A DNA stretch of 64,000 bases. Origin: an uncultured Planctomycetota bacterium (GTDB lineage: Bacteria; Planctomycetota; Planctomycetia; Isosphaerales; Isosphaeraceae). Location: contig CAWGMQ010000003.1 of the NCBI GenBank assembly GCA_963823665.1, positions 704,001-768,000 of the forward strand, given 5' to 3'. Position 1 is the first letter of the stretch, and every line of letters begins with the position of its first letter. This document shows, piece after piece, positions 21,719-33,253 of the stretch. The notes below the pieces were generated by a model that worked only from the letters and a program-made list of their open reading frames with translations, was not told the origin of the DNA and ran no database searches. The translations under genes were made by a program, and so were the position numbers.

Positions 21719-21879
21719 GCACCGAGGCTCGTTCCGATGTGTGATCGTTCGCCGAACTTGACCGTTCACCGGTCGGATTCTGATGACACCCGCGTGATCA
21801 GTTGCAGAATGAAGCGGGACGGGGATGCACCCTGTCGGACTGAAGGACAACAATGGGCTTGGTCAGAATCAGTTTCTTC

Positions 21880-21928
21880 CCTTAGTCCTTGCGGGACTAG
21901 GACGCGCGACGAATCATCAAAACAAAGT
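21880..21928 (+). repeat. About 50-bp dispersed repeat, degenerate copy
   Basis: CCTTAGTCCTTGCGGGACTAGGACGCGCGACGAATCATCAAAACAAAGT. Confidence 0.55.
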
Positions 21929-21939
21929 CGGCCCGAGCG

Positions 21940-22470
21940 TGAGGTCGCTCCCATCTTCCAGCACACCACGCAGTGGCTCCCGAGGCTTTCGTATGCGGTT
22001 TGGACGAGGGGAATCGACTTGCGTAAGACGCGGCCCGGCGGAATAGGGCCGTGGTAAGCGACGGCCCCAGCAGTCACGCGTGTCGGGACGACAACCTGCT
22101 GCTTGGCGGCCCGCAACGAGTGCCTCGCCCTCTGGGCGAGGGTCGGGTCGAAAACAGCTCGGTCGAGGTAGGCCGTTGCCAGCGGCCGTCGCGAAGGAGT
22201 TGTCCAAGTTGTTTTACGGTCATCTCGCGGATATCCGCGATGAGCCCGAACTGGCGGGCAAGGCGCGTCGAGCTCCCCGATGTCCGTACCGCCCGGATCC
22301 ATACGCGCGTGCCGTTCGAGGGTGCTCTCCCCGATGTTCTGGCCGTGCGCCGCCAAGACCATCCGCAAACAGGCCGGGCGGCACTGAGGATCATTTCCTC
22401 TTCCTGGTCGATTTTGGGCTGTCGCGACCGACGGTCTGCCTCGACCACCTTGGTCCGCGATTGTTCATTT
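21940..22470 (-). pseudogene. Peptidase C39-like cysteine protease, multiply frameshifted (ends approximate)
   Basis: Joined frames: QCRPACLRMVLAAHGQNIGESTL...GGTDIGEL / ARQFGLIADIREMTVKQLGQLL / AYLDR...VVVPT...VAYH. Confidence 0.55.
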
Positions 22471-22660
22471 ACCTTTCTTACCACCGGAGACCCTCCCCAC
22501 CGTGGCCGACTCACGGCAGCGGGCGTGCTACGACACAGCCGCGTTGCACGCGCCTGCGTTGCAGAATTCAGGAATACGGCGCCGGCCTTCGTACGTCAAC
22601 CATCAACACCAACGGGGGTTCCGGGGCACCATGCCTGATTCCCGGCGTTACCTCTGATTC

Positions 22661-22708
22661 CCTTAATCCGTGTGAGTAAGGACGCGAGACGAATCTACAA
22701 AACGAACT
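22661..22708 (+). repeat. About 50-bp dispersed repeat
   Basis: CCTTAATCCGTGTGAGTAAGGACGCGAGACGAATCTACAAAACGAACT. Confidence 0.75.
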
Positions 22709-22973
22709 TGGGGGGCGAAATCCGAACTTCGAATTACGAAATTCGAAGAGAAGGCACCAGCGGCGAGTTTTGAAAACGAACCGCCCGTTAGAGGGGGAGG
22801 GCTGGGGCGGGCGGGGGAGAACGAAGGACCGGAATCCGCGCAGAGGACGGAGCGCGGAGGAATCTCGCTCGAAATGGACGAATACTACATTTATTGCGCA
22901 AATGGATCGGGGCGTTTGTAGATCATCTAGATAGGAGCCGAGCGTGCGCGCGCCGGCGGGCGGTGCGGGCCTC

Positions 22974-23036
22974 GGACACCCAGGGCGATGCATTGGACAC
23001 CCAGGGCGTTGCCCTGGACACCCAGGGCGTTGCCCT
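22974..23036 (+). repeat. Three 21-bp tandem units derived from a REP-like palindrome
   Basis: GGACACCCAGGGCGATGCATT / GGACACCCAGGGCGTTGCCCT / GGACACCCAGGGCGTTGCCCT. Confidence 0.85.
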
Positions 23037-24049
23037 CGGCTTTGTTGTTGTGGCCTTTCAGGCCGGGGACGAGAATGCAAATGACCGGAGGATGTTGTGA
23101 AAGTGTGTAATTTCGACTTGCGTTTGCACTCGCTTGTGGCGTTTGGATCCGGATGTGGGAGGGAGGAAATTGTCAGGCCAAAGACTGGCCTACTTCGGGC
23201 GGCTGCGTCCGGCACGCGGGCGCGGGTTGGTGCGGAATGTGACGAACGAACCTAACTCAGCTCAGGTGGCTGGAGATGCGTAACTCGGAATTAGAGTGAA
23301 GGTTGGATCACGAAAACACCCGTGAACGGGGACTTGACAACGTGGCTGGATTCCGCGAACGAACCCAAACTCGGCTGTCTCATGTCGACTTGCATTCGGC
23401 GCAGATGTGGGCACGCAGAGACCATCAGGCTCCGCATTCATCCCTATCCATTCGTTGCGAGAACTGAGCATGAGTCTAGCGTCATCGAGCGAAGTTGCAC
23501 CTCGCTGCGGAAGACGGTCATCGGCCGCTGCTGAAAGCGGCCAATTTACACTACTGTACGGATGCTGGAAGGTCCTCCGGATATTGCCACTTATTGCCAT
23601 TTTTCGATCGCGAGAACTGTCTTCCGGCGCGGGGACTGTCGCTCCGTATCTCAATTGTGGATCAAATGATCGGACATGGCGTGTGTGCATCTACACGATT
23701 CGAAAGTACTCGTGGCAATGGTCACGCAAAATTGCCACAACGATAAGGCCGCGTTGTTCACTATGTTTGAATGGCTTTTTTCGATGCGGAAACCACGCGC
23801 GAACGGCGCCCACGGAGATGAGGCGGGACTATCAGGCGACACGGAAACAGAAACCGCGGCGAGAAGCTCGGTTGTGCGGTGTTCCTTCGACGCGTCAGAT
23901 AAGAATCTGAACCACGGATTACACTGAGGTCTCGGATGAGGGACGGGGGGACGAGAGATGTTGGATCTTGGACTCGAAAATTTAATGCCTGAGACGAGGG
24001 AGGTGGACGAAGCGCGGATCCGAGTGGCCGGTACTGACTGGGTATTTTC

Positions 24050-24098
24050 CCCTAATCCTTGCGACGTAAGGACGCGCGGCGAATCTACAAAACGAACT
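24050..24098 (+). repeat. About 50-bp dispersed repeat
   Basis: CCCTAATCCTTGCGACGTAAGGACGCGCGGCGAATCTACAAAACGAACT. Confidence 0.75.
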
Positions 24099-24175
24099 CG
24101 CGGACGAGCGGGTGTTCGTCCTGGGGCATCCGGGGGATCGATCGTGTTTTCTTTTTTCGGAGGCGCAGACGGCGG

Positions 24176-24270
24176 TGTCGCCCCTGCGGGGCTCGGTGAG
24201 CTGGTGGTACAGGTCAATAAGGTCCTGGGGCTCGCGCCCCCAGGCTGTACGATGTCGCCCCTGCGGGGCT
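24176..24270. repeat. BIME/REP-like cluster
   Basis: Two copies of TGTCGCCCCTGCGGGGCT flank the hairpin CCTGGGG-CTCGCGC-CCCCAGG. Confidence 0.75.
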
Positions 24271-24282
24271 ACGCGGGTCGTT

Positions 24283-25100
24283 CTACTCGTCGATTGGGGC
24301 TGGTTTTGCGTCGGTGCGGGGGAGCACGCTGCCGGGGGGGTTCGGGGTTGGGAGGCCCTCGAAGTAGTGGATCGTTGGTGGGGCTGTGATGCCGCCGGAG
24401 AGGATTGATTGGAGCGTCTCGTTGACGCTCCAGGCGATGTTGGTGACGCTTTCTTCCGGGACGAAGAGGGTGAAGCCTGCTGGAGGCATCAGGCCGGTGA
24501 GTACGCACACGGTGAGTATGGTGCGGCCGGTTGTCGCGTCGCGCAGGGAGTTCGTCACCAAGCCGAGCGAACGCGAGCCGGGATGAGGAAACGGGACCAG
24601 GACCACGCGTTTGAATTCGCCGCCTCCGCGGAGCTGGGTGCCGAGCGATTCGACCACGTTCCGCACGGCGCGGTAGATCGTGGCGACGATCGGGACGTGA
24701 AGCAGGAACCACTCGAGCGTGCGATAGACCCAGGACCGGAAGATGAGGCCCAAGAGGTAGAGAATGGCGAGTGCGAGCAGAAGGGCGAGGAACGGGGAAC
24801 CGATGTTGTACCACCACTGGGGCAGGTCGAGCTCCTGCAGAGCGGGGTAGTTTCTCATCCATGCCTGGATCCGGTTGATCAGGCCGGCCAATGGATTGAG
24901 CAGGAACTGCTCCACCGTCATGAACAGCCAGTAGACAATCCAGAACGTGATGACGACGGGAAGGCTGACGATCAGTCCGCTGATGACCCGCGCCGGAATG
25001 AGCTGAGCACGGAGCCGAGGCTCCAGGGGGGCGATTTTTGTTTCTGCGGCGCTGGAGTGAAGTCCTCGGGCCGCGCGGCGTGAGGCGGGAGACTGTCCAT
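24283..25100 (-). CDS. DUF502 membrane protein, frameshift near 24990
   Basis: [19 protein letters not shown]...[13 protein letters not shown]...[10 protein letters not shown]...LGLVT...LSGGITAP. Confidence 0.85.
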
Positions 25101-25356
25101 GACGGGAAGCTCCGGAACGGGACGATTGGTGACGAGTGCGCGGCCCGAGGCCGGCCCTGCATGGAGTAAGAGGTTAGCTCGACTGCGGCGACGCGACAAT
25201 TGCCGCGCGAGGGCTGGGCGATGCACGGGTTCGATCGACATGAAGCGGCAACCGATGCTCGCCGGAGGGGAGCCGAATCGGTACACTGGAAGCTCGAAGT
25301 CAATGGGGACGCGAAACCCAGGATGTTTGATCAGGCAATTGCGGGGTAAGGACCTC

Positions 25357-26358
25357 ATGCACGCACGAGAAGCGTCGGCGAGACCGAGCTTGCCGAAGAC
25401 TGTGGAAATCGACGGGGTGAAGCTGCACCTGAGCACTCCCGATACGAGCGATCAGAAGTGGATTGGGCAGGAAGCGATTCTGCGACAACTGCTGGCGTGC
25501 TGGCTGGTCGTCGACGAGCGAGACCTGCCGCTGGCGCCGCGGCTGACCGGCCCGCCGGGAATCGGCAAGACGACGCTGGCGATGGCCGGGGCGCGGGTTC
25601 GCAAGCAACCACTTTTTATCAATCAATGCACGGCCGATACTCGGCCGGAGGACCTGGTGGTCACGCCGGTGCTGGCCGAGAGCGGCAAGATCGCCTATCA
25701 CGCCTCGCCGCTGGTGACGGCGATCATCGTGGGAGGGGTTTGTGTGCTCGACGAGGGCAACCGGATGAACGAGAAGTCGTGGGCGAGCCTGGCGCCGTTA
25801 CTGGATAACCGGCGATACGTGGAGAGTGTCGTGGCCGGGATCACGATACCGGCGCATGCGGATTTTCGGGCCTGCGTGACGATGAACGAGGATGAGTCGA
25901 CCTATGAAGTGCCCGACTACATCCTCTCGCGGTTGCAGCCGACCCTTAACCTGGGCTTTCCCAGCCGGAACGACGAGCTGGCGATTCTGAAGTACCATCT
26001 GCCTTTCGCGACGGACGCCTTGCTGGCCTTGACGGTCGAGTTCTTGCAGCAGGCGCACGGGCTCAAGCTGGATTTCTCGCCGCGCGACGGGATCAACGTG
26101 CTGCGGTATGCGATCAAGCGGATGGCCCAGGATTCGGCGCACCCGATGGGGCGCGATGTGGCGTGGCGCGAAGCGCTCTTCTGCGTTCTGGGCGAAGAGG
26201 CGGCGGACCTTCAGAACCTGGCGCGACAGAAACGGCGCGCGATGGGGGGCCAGCATGCACCACTTGGTCTGGGCGATTTATTCTTCAGCCCCGAGGATCC
26301 GCTGCACCCGGATGCCCGGGACGACCTGCTCGAGGATGACGACGAGGATTCCGATTGA
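25357..26358 (+). CDS. MoxR/CbbQ-like AAA+ ATPase
   Basis: [23 protein letters not shown]. Confidence 0.85.
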   Translation: MHAREASARPSLPKTVEIDGVKLHLSTPDTSDQKWIGQEAILRQLLACWLVVDERDLPLAPRLTGPPGIGKTTLAMAGARVRKQPLFINQCTADTRPEDLVVTPVLAESGKIAYHASPLVTAIIVGGVCVLDEGNRMNEKSWASLAPLLDNRRYVESVVAGITIPAHADFRACVTMNEDESTYEVPDYILSRLQPTLNLGFPSRNDELAILKYHLPFATDALLALTVEFLQQAHGLKLDFSPRDGINVLRYAIKRMAQDSAHPMGRDVAWREALFCVLGEEAADLQNLARQKRRAMGGQHAPLGLGDLFFSPEDPLHPDARDDLLEDDDEDSD

Positions 26359-26450
26359 GAACGCTTGAAACGAGGCAGTTGGCGCGGGGGCGATTCGCTC
26401 CTACGATGACGAGATGATTTGATCGCGACGACTTCGACCGGGGGGACGCG

Positions 26451-28970
26451 ATGGGCTCGAATTCACGCAGCAAGAGACGCGGCCGTACGGCACGCTCAAT
26501 CTGTTACCTGGCGATCCTCGCCTGCACGCTCGGCTCACCGCTCTTGCGAGCACAGACGAGCGACGCTCCTCCTGCGAAGACCGCCCTGCCGGCGACGGGT
26601 CGGCTCGCTCGATTCGTTCCGAAGGAAAACCTGGTGGTGTACATTGAGTTTGCCGGGCTTGACGCGCACGAGGCGGCCTGGAAGAACACCGCCAGCTTCA
26701 AGATGCTGACCGGGACGACTCTTGGAGAGGTGGTCGAGGCCGTTTCGGAGCAGTTGCTCGAGAAGGCGTTGAGCTTCATTCCCGGCCACAGATTGAGCGG
26801 AACTGACATTGTGAAGCTGGCGAAGTACTCGGCACGCTCGGGCTGGGTGGTCGCGCTTAACGCCGACGCGAAAGCGCGTTCCGGATATCGGGGCACGTTC
26901 GTGCTTCGAGGCGGAGCGGGCAAGGACAACCGGGCGCTCACAAGCCCGATGATGGGTTGGCTCATGGGTGGTTCGAAGGCCAAGGTCGAAACCAAGGCGG
27001 GAAGGGACCTGGTGGTCGTACCGGTGGCGGGCGCGCAAGCGAATGCGACTGCTGCCGGCGGCTGGGTGTGGTGGGCCGAAAAGGACGATCTCGTCATCGG
27101 GTTTCTGGACGCGGTGAACGCCGAAGCGACGATCGCGGTTCTCGATGGAAAGGCGCCCAGCGCGGTCGATCACCCGGTCGTCAAGGAGCTGGTTATGTCG
27201 CAGGGCAAATTCGAGCCCGTGTGTTTCGGTTTTCTTGATCCGGCCATGGGGACGGGCAGCTCCTCGGACGGGCTCGTGAGGCTCTTGCACAGCCTGAAAA
27301 CCGAGCGGGGGGTCGATCGAGTCGATTTGCAGTGGGGATTCGAAGGCGACGCCCTGATGTCGGTGATGAGGCTCACAACTGCCAAACCCCGGAAGGGGCT
27401 GCTTGCTGCGGTCGACGGGCCGACGTTCAACAAGGCGTCGCTGCTGCCGTTGCCCGATCAGGTCAAGTCGTTCGTGGCGACTTCCGTCAACCCGAGGCAC
27501 TTCGTGGAGCTGATCAAGCAGATGGCGCCGTCGGACGAGGCGAAGGAGCAGGTCGAGGAGGTTGCCAAATCGGTCAAGGGCAAGGGCTCGGTCGATATCG
27601 AGAAAGACGTACTCGGGCAGCTCGGGCCGAGGATGATCGCGTATCTCGCACCCGGGCGATCGGCGGTGACCAATGATGATGCACTGGGGAGAGCGTTCCA
27701 GGGTGGTTTGAGCCTGAGCGGGGTGATGACGGGGATGCAATCAGCCTTTCCGAAGCTGACGATTGTCGCCGAGGTGAAGAATCCCGAAACATTCGGCAAG
27801 GGGCTCGATGCGCTGATGGTGGCGATCAACGGCAAGCTCAAGGAACAGGCGGTTGCGAAAGCCAAGGAAGAGCGGGAGGAGGCGGAAAAGAAGGATGAAG
27901 CCGGCACGGGCGCCGGCGCCGGAGACCGGCGCGGGGAGCGGCCGGGCGGTTTGGGGGCGTGGGTGGTGGTGGCGATCGGACGAAGACACGCAAGGCGTCG
28001 CCGAGCCAGACGACTGCGCCGCGGTTCGAGTTAACATCGAGCAGTGGAAAAGGCAAGTTATTCATTCTCTCGACGCCGCGCACGTCGCCCTTGCAGTTCG
28101 GGCCGTCGAGTTTCAAGCCAACGGTCGAGTTCGACGGCGAGCACGTCGCGTTCGCGGTTAGCCCGGACGCCGCAAAAAACGCTCTGGCAACGGCTCGCAA
28201 GAAAGACTGGAAGCCGTCGGGTGACCTGGCGAAGGCCCTTGAGAACGTCGAAAACAACGTGGTGTTGCTCGGTGTCAGTGACGTTTCCGATACCTTGCCG
28301 GGGGTGCTCGCCAGCCTGCCCGGCACGCTGCAAACGATGCTGAACACGACGTGGGCCCTGGCCAAAGCCAAGACCGGGACGGACGCGGGAGCGAGCCAAC
28401 CGACCACGCCGGGCGCGGGAGGCGCGGCCGCAGGTGGCGGCGGGCTGGGCCGACGGGGCGGAATGGCCCTGCAGGGAGGCGGGATGCAGGTGCAAGGGGG
28501 CGGAGGGCGAACGCGTGGCGGAGCCGGGCAGGGAGAAGCGAACCAGACGACGGCTGCGGGGTCTAACACCGGAGGGGCCGCAGGCGAGCTCGGCCATCGT
28601 GTTCAACATCGATGCGGCGAAGCTACCCAAGGCAAGCGATCTAAAGGCCTTTCTCTTCCCGAGCACCGTGACGATTTCGGTGACCGATCGCGATATCCGG
28701 ATCGTCTCGCGCGAAGCGTTCCCTGACCTTGGGTCTCTAATCAATTCGCTGCCGGTCGTGGGGATGACACCGGGTGGAAAAGCACTCGTCAACTCAGCGA
28801 AGGCTCCCGGGGGGGGCCAGACGCCTGATGCGGCCGCGACTGGAGGTGCGGCAGGTGGTGGTGGCGCGGCCACGCCGCCGGCCGCCGGCGCGGCGGCCCC
28901 GACCACGAAGGCGACTCCACCAGGCGGTGCTGGCCGCAGGGGAGGAGCTGCTCGAGGCAGGGACGACTGA
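26451..28970 (+). CDS. Large secreted hypothetical protein with Gly-rich linkers, frameshifts near 27955 and 28585
   Basis: Signal-like N-terminus. Three overlapping ORFs (26451-28034, 27959-28726, 28434-28970) read as one continuous protein. Confidence 0.65.
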
Positions 28971-29100
28971 TTTTGATGTACAATGAGGCGGTCGAGTCGA
29001 TTCGTTCCATTTCAATTTCTTTCTGTCCCAAACGCTGGCGCGGCCGGAGCCGACCCCTATCTGCCACCGGTGTGCGTCTGTACCGATGGAGGGCCATTCC

Positions 29101-29553
29101 ATGCAATTCGTGCACGAGGTAACGGCCTATCTTGAAAACAAGCCTGGGCGGCTGGCCAAGATTTGCTCGGCGCTCGCGGCGGAGAAGATTGATATTCGGG
29201 CGCTTTCGGTGATGGAAACCGAGGGTCCGAGCGTGCTGAGGCTGATCACGAGCGAGCTTGAAGCGACCAAGAGCGTGCTCACGTCGCTGGGGACCGAGTT
29301 TCGTATTTCGGACGTGCTGGCGGTGGAGCTCGACAACCGGACCGACGCGCTTGCGAGGGTGCTCGAACGGCTGGCGGAAGAGCATATCAACGTTGAGTAT
29401 GCTTATGCGTCGACGGCGTCGGCACCGGCGAAGGCGCTGGGGATTTTCCACACGTCGAACCCGAAGCGCGCGTCTCAGGTGCTGAACGAGGTCGGGGGCT
29501 CGGCGGGGGGATCCGGGCGATCGACCGGGCGGCGCCCCTTGCATTCGCGGTGA
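29101..29553 (+). CDS. Tandem ACT-domain protein
   Basis: LENKPGRLAKI...IDIRALS...VLAVELDN...INVEYAY. Confidence 0.9.
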   Translation: MQFVHEVTAYLENKPGRLAKICSALAAEKIDIRALSVMETEGPSVLRLITSELEATKSVLTSLGTEFRISDVLAVELDNRTDALARVLERLAEEHINVEYAYASTASAPAKALGIFHTSNPKRASQVLNEVGGSAGGSGRSTGRRPLHSR

Positions 29554-29611
29554 AGTAAGGGCGTGCTCAAATGAACGTTTCGCGATCATCTTTGGGGGTT
29601 TTCGAATAGCG

Positions 29612-30776
29612 GTGAAGAAAAAGAAAGTCCGGGTCGCGCTGCGGAAGAACCGGCAAAATCGAACGCGAGACAACGATCTGACTCGCCGCTTCCGGGAAGA
29701 CGAGCTCGCAGGCAGAGCGCCCGAGGCGGTTGATCGCGTTCGGCCCAAGGGGGAGCTGTCGCGGCACCGGACGATCATGGAAGAGTGCGCGCCGGAGGTT
29801 GCCGAAGGCGGGTCGGAAGGCGACTCGAGTGCCGCTTCGCGACGTGCGGTCGATTTCTCGGTGTGCCTGCGTGGACGGGTTGTGCGGGTGCACGGCCAGG
29901 TTTCGATGGTGCAAACGGAAGACGGCCGGCTGCACTCGTGTCACGTGCGAAGGCTGTTGAAGAGCCTGGAGATCGAGGAACGAAGCGTGGTGACGGTGGG
30001 GGACTGGGTTTGGTTCCGTCCAGGGACGAGCGCGGGGGCGGATGGCCTGGTGGAGCGAGTGGAGTCGCGGCGAGGGGTGATCACGCGCGGGTACCGCCGT
30101 CGACAGCATGTCATCGCGGCGAACGTGGACCAGGTGCTTGTGGTTTCCGCGTTCGCGGAGCCTGGCGTCAAACTGAACCTGATCGACCGATACCTGGTCT
30201 CGGCGGAGACGGGCGGCGTTCGTCCGATCGTCGTACTGAACAAGTCCGACCTGGTCGACCTTGCGACGCACCAGTGGGTCATCGGCCTGTACGTCCAGCT
30301 TGGATACGAGACCATCGTGACGTCGGTGCAGGATGGAAGAGGCCTGGATCGCATCCGGGCGATCTTGAGCGGGCGAGTGACCGCCTTGAGCGGCCAGAGC
30401 GGGGTGGGCAAGAGCTCGTTGTTGAATGCGATCCAGCCGAATTTGAACTTGAAGGTGCGTGAAGTTTCCGAGTGGACGTCGAAAGGGAAGCATACGACGA
30501 CGACGTCGGAATTGATCGAGCTCGAGGCGGGCGGGTTCGTTGTCGACACTCCGGGGCTGAGGCAGTTCGAGCTCTGGGGCACCGTTCCGGGCGAGGTGGG
30601 GGGATACTTCGCGGAGCTGAGGCCGTTCATTCCGCTCTGCCGCTTTCCGGACTGCTCCCACACCCACGAAAGCGATTGCGCCGTCAAGGAAGCCGTGTAT
30701 CGAGGACAGATCCACGCCGGGCGCTGATGAGAGTTATCTCAAGCTCTACCGACGAGAGCCGCTCGACGAAGCATGA
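29612..30776 (+). CDS. rsgA: Ribosome small-subunit-dependent GTPase A, with a 1-bp insertion near 30725
   Basis: NKSDL, GQSGVGKSS, GKHTT, DTPG, CRFPDCSHTHESDC; the tail YESYLKL lies in the shifted frame. Confidence 0.93.
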
Positions 30777-31042
30777 GCAAGCTGAGCCCGGGCCTCTATC
30801 CGTGCAATCCTCGGGTTTCGGGGATCGCACGGGGGCAGGACGTCCGGCCAACATCTGTCGCTGAGAGCTCAAGACGGTCGTAAGTCTTGTCTGGCAGAGG
30901 CTTCCTATCATAACTTGCCGACCGTGTCGATCCGGGTTCGGTGCCGGAACGGGGGTGAACAAACGAAATCATTCATTTTGGCGGCGCGAATGAGGCTGCG
31001 AGACCGACCGATTTGATGGAGGCAGCGAATTGGTCGTCTTTC

Positions 31043-32188
31043 ATGGAGCTTCGACGCATGCTGCGACGAACCACTGAGCCGCAGGTATTGTTGGGGCCAG
31101 ATCGATTTGGCGACGATCTGGCGTCGACGCGGAGATACGGGAGAAGGCTCTCGCTCTGGTTCGGGGAGCTTCTTCTGATCGCGATCGTGATCTTTGGCTT
31201 CGTGATGGTGTCATCGGCAATCTTCTCCGAACAGCGCGGGACGCCGGAGCGAGTTGCGCTCAAAGGCCATACGCAAGTTGTGGAAGCGATGGCGTTTTCG
31301 CCCGACGGCGGAATGCTCGCCTCGTGCGGGTGGGACAATTCGGTGCGGGTCTGGGATCTGAACGGCTTGAAGAGCGGCGCGGTTGTGGATGAGCCGGTCG
31401 TCCTGCCGAATGAATCTGTCCGCTACGCTCTGGCGTTTTCGCCCGACGGCAAGCGGTTGGCCTCTGGCGGACATCGGTCGCTGACAATCTGGTCACGCAC
31501 GCCGCGGGGATTAGAGCCGCTCGCTCGGCGCGAGGGGACAACCTATCGGTGCCTGGCGTTCTCGCCGGACGGGTCGACACTTGCGCTGGGGTGTGATGAT
31601 GGACGGGTTGTGCTGCTCGACCCAGACACTGCGGACGAGGCAGCCGTTCTGCGGGGGCACATCGACGTTGTACGCAGTCTCGCATTCTCGCCCGACGGCT
31701 CCATGCTGATCTCGTCCGGTCAGGACCGGCAGATCATCTTGTGGAACGCGATCAAGGGCAAAAGGATTCGCTCGCTGGCGCGGTCGGGGCCGAATCCCGT
31801 GCAGGTTGTCGCCTTTTCGCCGCGGGGCGATCAGGTTGCGGTGGGCGAAGTTTCGGGGAGCCCGCAAGGCATTGTTCTCATCGATCCGGCCACGGGTGAC
31901 ATCCGCTCGGTACTCGCCGGCCACGGTGCGGGTGTGAGCGCACTTGCGTACTCGCCCGACGGTCAGACGCTGGCGACTGCAGGAGCCGATCGCACGATCA
32001 AGTTGTGGGACGTCAAGGATGGGAAAGAGCGAGCGACACTGGTCGAAGGGGTAGGTTGTGTGCGCTCGATCTCGTTCTCTCCGACCGGCGAGTGGCTCGC
32101 GTACGCTGGAAGCGATCTCACGATCAAGCTCTGGCACTTGTCGAGTGAGCGAAACCTCGTGGTCGGCCGCTGCCCGCTCAAGGCCTAG
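31043..32188 (+). CDS. Membrane-anchored WD40 repeat protein (start uncertain)
   Basis: Repeated GH...AFSPDG...WD units after a transmembrane segment. Confidence 0.9.
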   Translation: MELRRMLRRTTEPQVLLGPDRFGDDLASTRRYGRRLSLWFGELLLIAIVIFGFVMVSSAIFSEQRGTPERVALKGHTQVVEAMAFSPDGGMLASCGWDNSVRVWDLNGLKSGAVVDEPVVLPNESVRYALAFSPDGKRLASGGHRSLTIWSRTPRGLEPLARREGTTYRCLAFSPDGSTLALGCDDGRVVLLDPDTADEAAVLRGHIDVVRSLAFSPDGSMLISSGQDRQIILWNAIKGKRIRSLARSGPNPVQVVAFSPRGDQVAVGEVSGSPQGIVLIDPATGDIRSVLAGHGAGVSALAYSPDGQTLATAGADRTIKLWDVKDGKERATLVEGVGCVRSISFSPTGEWLAYAGSDLTIKLWHLSSERNLVVGRCPLKA

Positions 32189-32590
32189 GGGCGTTCCCGC
32201 GGTGGGCCTGCCGGAACGTGAAGCGAACGAACGTCATTTTCGGATCATTGTTGAATGCACCCAGACCCCGCCTCAACAGCACGTCATGAGTCTGACGTGC
32301 CACGTCCTTCCAGTCGCCGGTACGGAATGGATTTGTGACTCTGTCACGTTTGGACGAATTTCAGGGCCTCGAATCCATTCCGTCCGGTGATCCTTCCTCG
32401 CATGTCGTTCATCGAGTACCAGCGGTTTCCGTGATGGTGAAGCCGCGGGTCGGCGAATTGCGGCTCACACAGCCGAGCCAGCGAGCGATCACGTTGGTCA
32501 TCGGGCGCCGCCGGTCATGGTTCTCAGAGCGAGTGACGGCGGTTAAGCTGGTGGACGGGTGGCGTGGCTGTCGTGTCGAGGCACTCGTCG

Positions 32591-33253
32591 ATGCGCATTC
32601 TCGTGGTGAGTGACCTGCACGGGTCGTTGGAAATCGCAAGATCGGCGTGCGACGCGGTCAAGCCTGACTTGATCCTATCGTGCGGGGATTGGGGGGATGC
32701 GGACGAGGTCACGAGCAGCGAGCTGACGCAGTTCCAGAGGTACGCGCCGGTCTATTCGACGTTTGGCAATCATGATTCCATCGAATTGCTCACGAGCTTG
32801 CAGAATGAGGATGGAACACCGGTCCTCTTGCCGCAAGGGTCGCCGCTGGTGGTCACTGGTTTGCGCCTGGCGGCGATTGGCGGCATCTGGGCGAAGTCGC
32901 ACGCCAAGCCTCACTATGTTACCGATCAAGACGTGGCCGAGGCGGCTGCACGGGCGGCGAGCGGCGGCCCGATCGATGTTCTGCTCACGCATGGCTGCCC
33001 GATCGGTCTGGCGGACATGACGCCGTCCGGTCGACATGGAGGCCAGCGATGCTTTCTCGAGGCGAACAAAGCGATTGCGCCCCGGCTGCATCTTTGCGGC
33101 CACCTGCATCTGGCGCAGGAGAAGGTTCTCAAGGACGGGCGCAAGGTGATCAACGTCGGTGCGACGTCCGACGGGTCGTTCGTCATCGTCGACTTCGACC
33201 TTTCGCGGCAGGTGCTCGACGCAAGGCTGGAGCGTCTGCCATCGCGGGGCTAA
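32591..33253 (+). CDS. Metallophosphoesterase
   Basis: SDLHG, GD, GNHD, LLTH, CGHLH. Confidence 0.9.
   Translation: MRILVVSDLHGSLEIARSACDAVKPDLILSCGDWGDADEVTSSELTQFQRYAPVYSTFGNHDSIELLTSLQNEDGTPVLLPQGSPLVVTGLRLAAIGGIWAKSHAKPHYVTDQDVAEAAARAASGGPIDVLLTHGCPIGLADMTPSGRHGGQRCFLEANKAIAPRLHLCGHLHLAQEKVLKDGRKVINVGATSDGSFVIVDFDLSRQVLDARLERLPSRG

Noticed and set aside
22974..23036. 21-bp repeats as CRISPR
   Set aside because: The units are directly adjacent with no spacers.
23262..24217. ORFs in the 23-24 kb intergenic zone
   Set aside because: No recognisable motifs, Arg/Pro/Ser-rich composition, and overlap with repeats.
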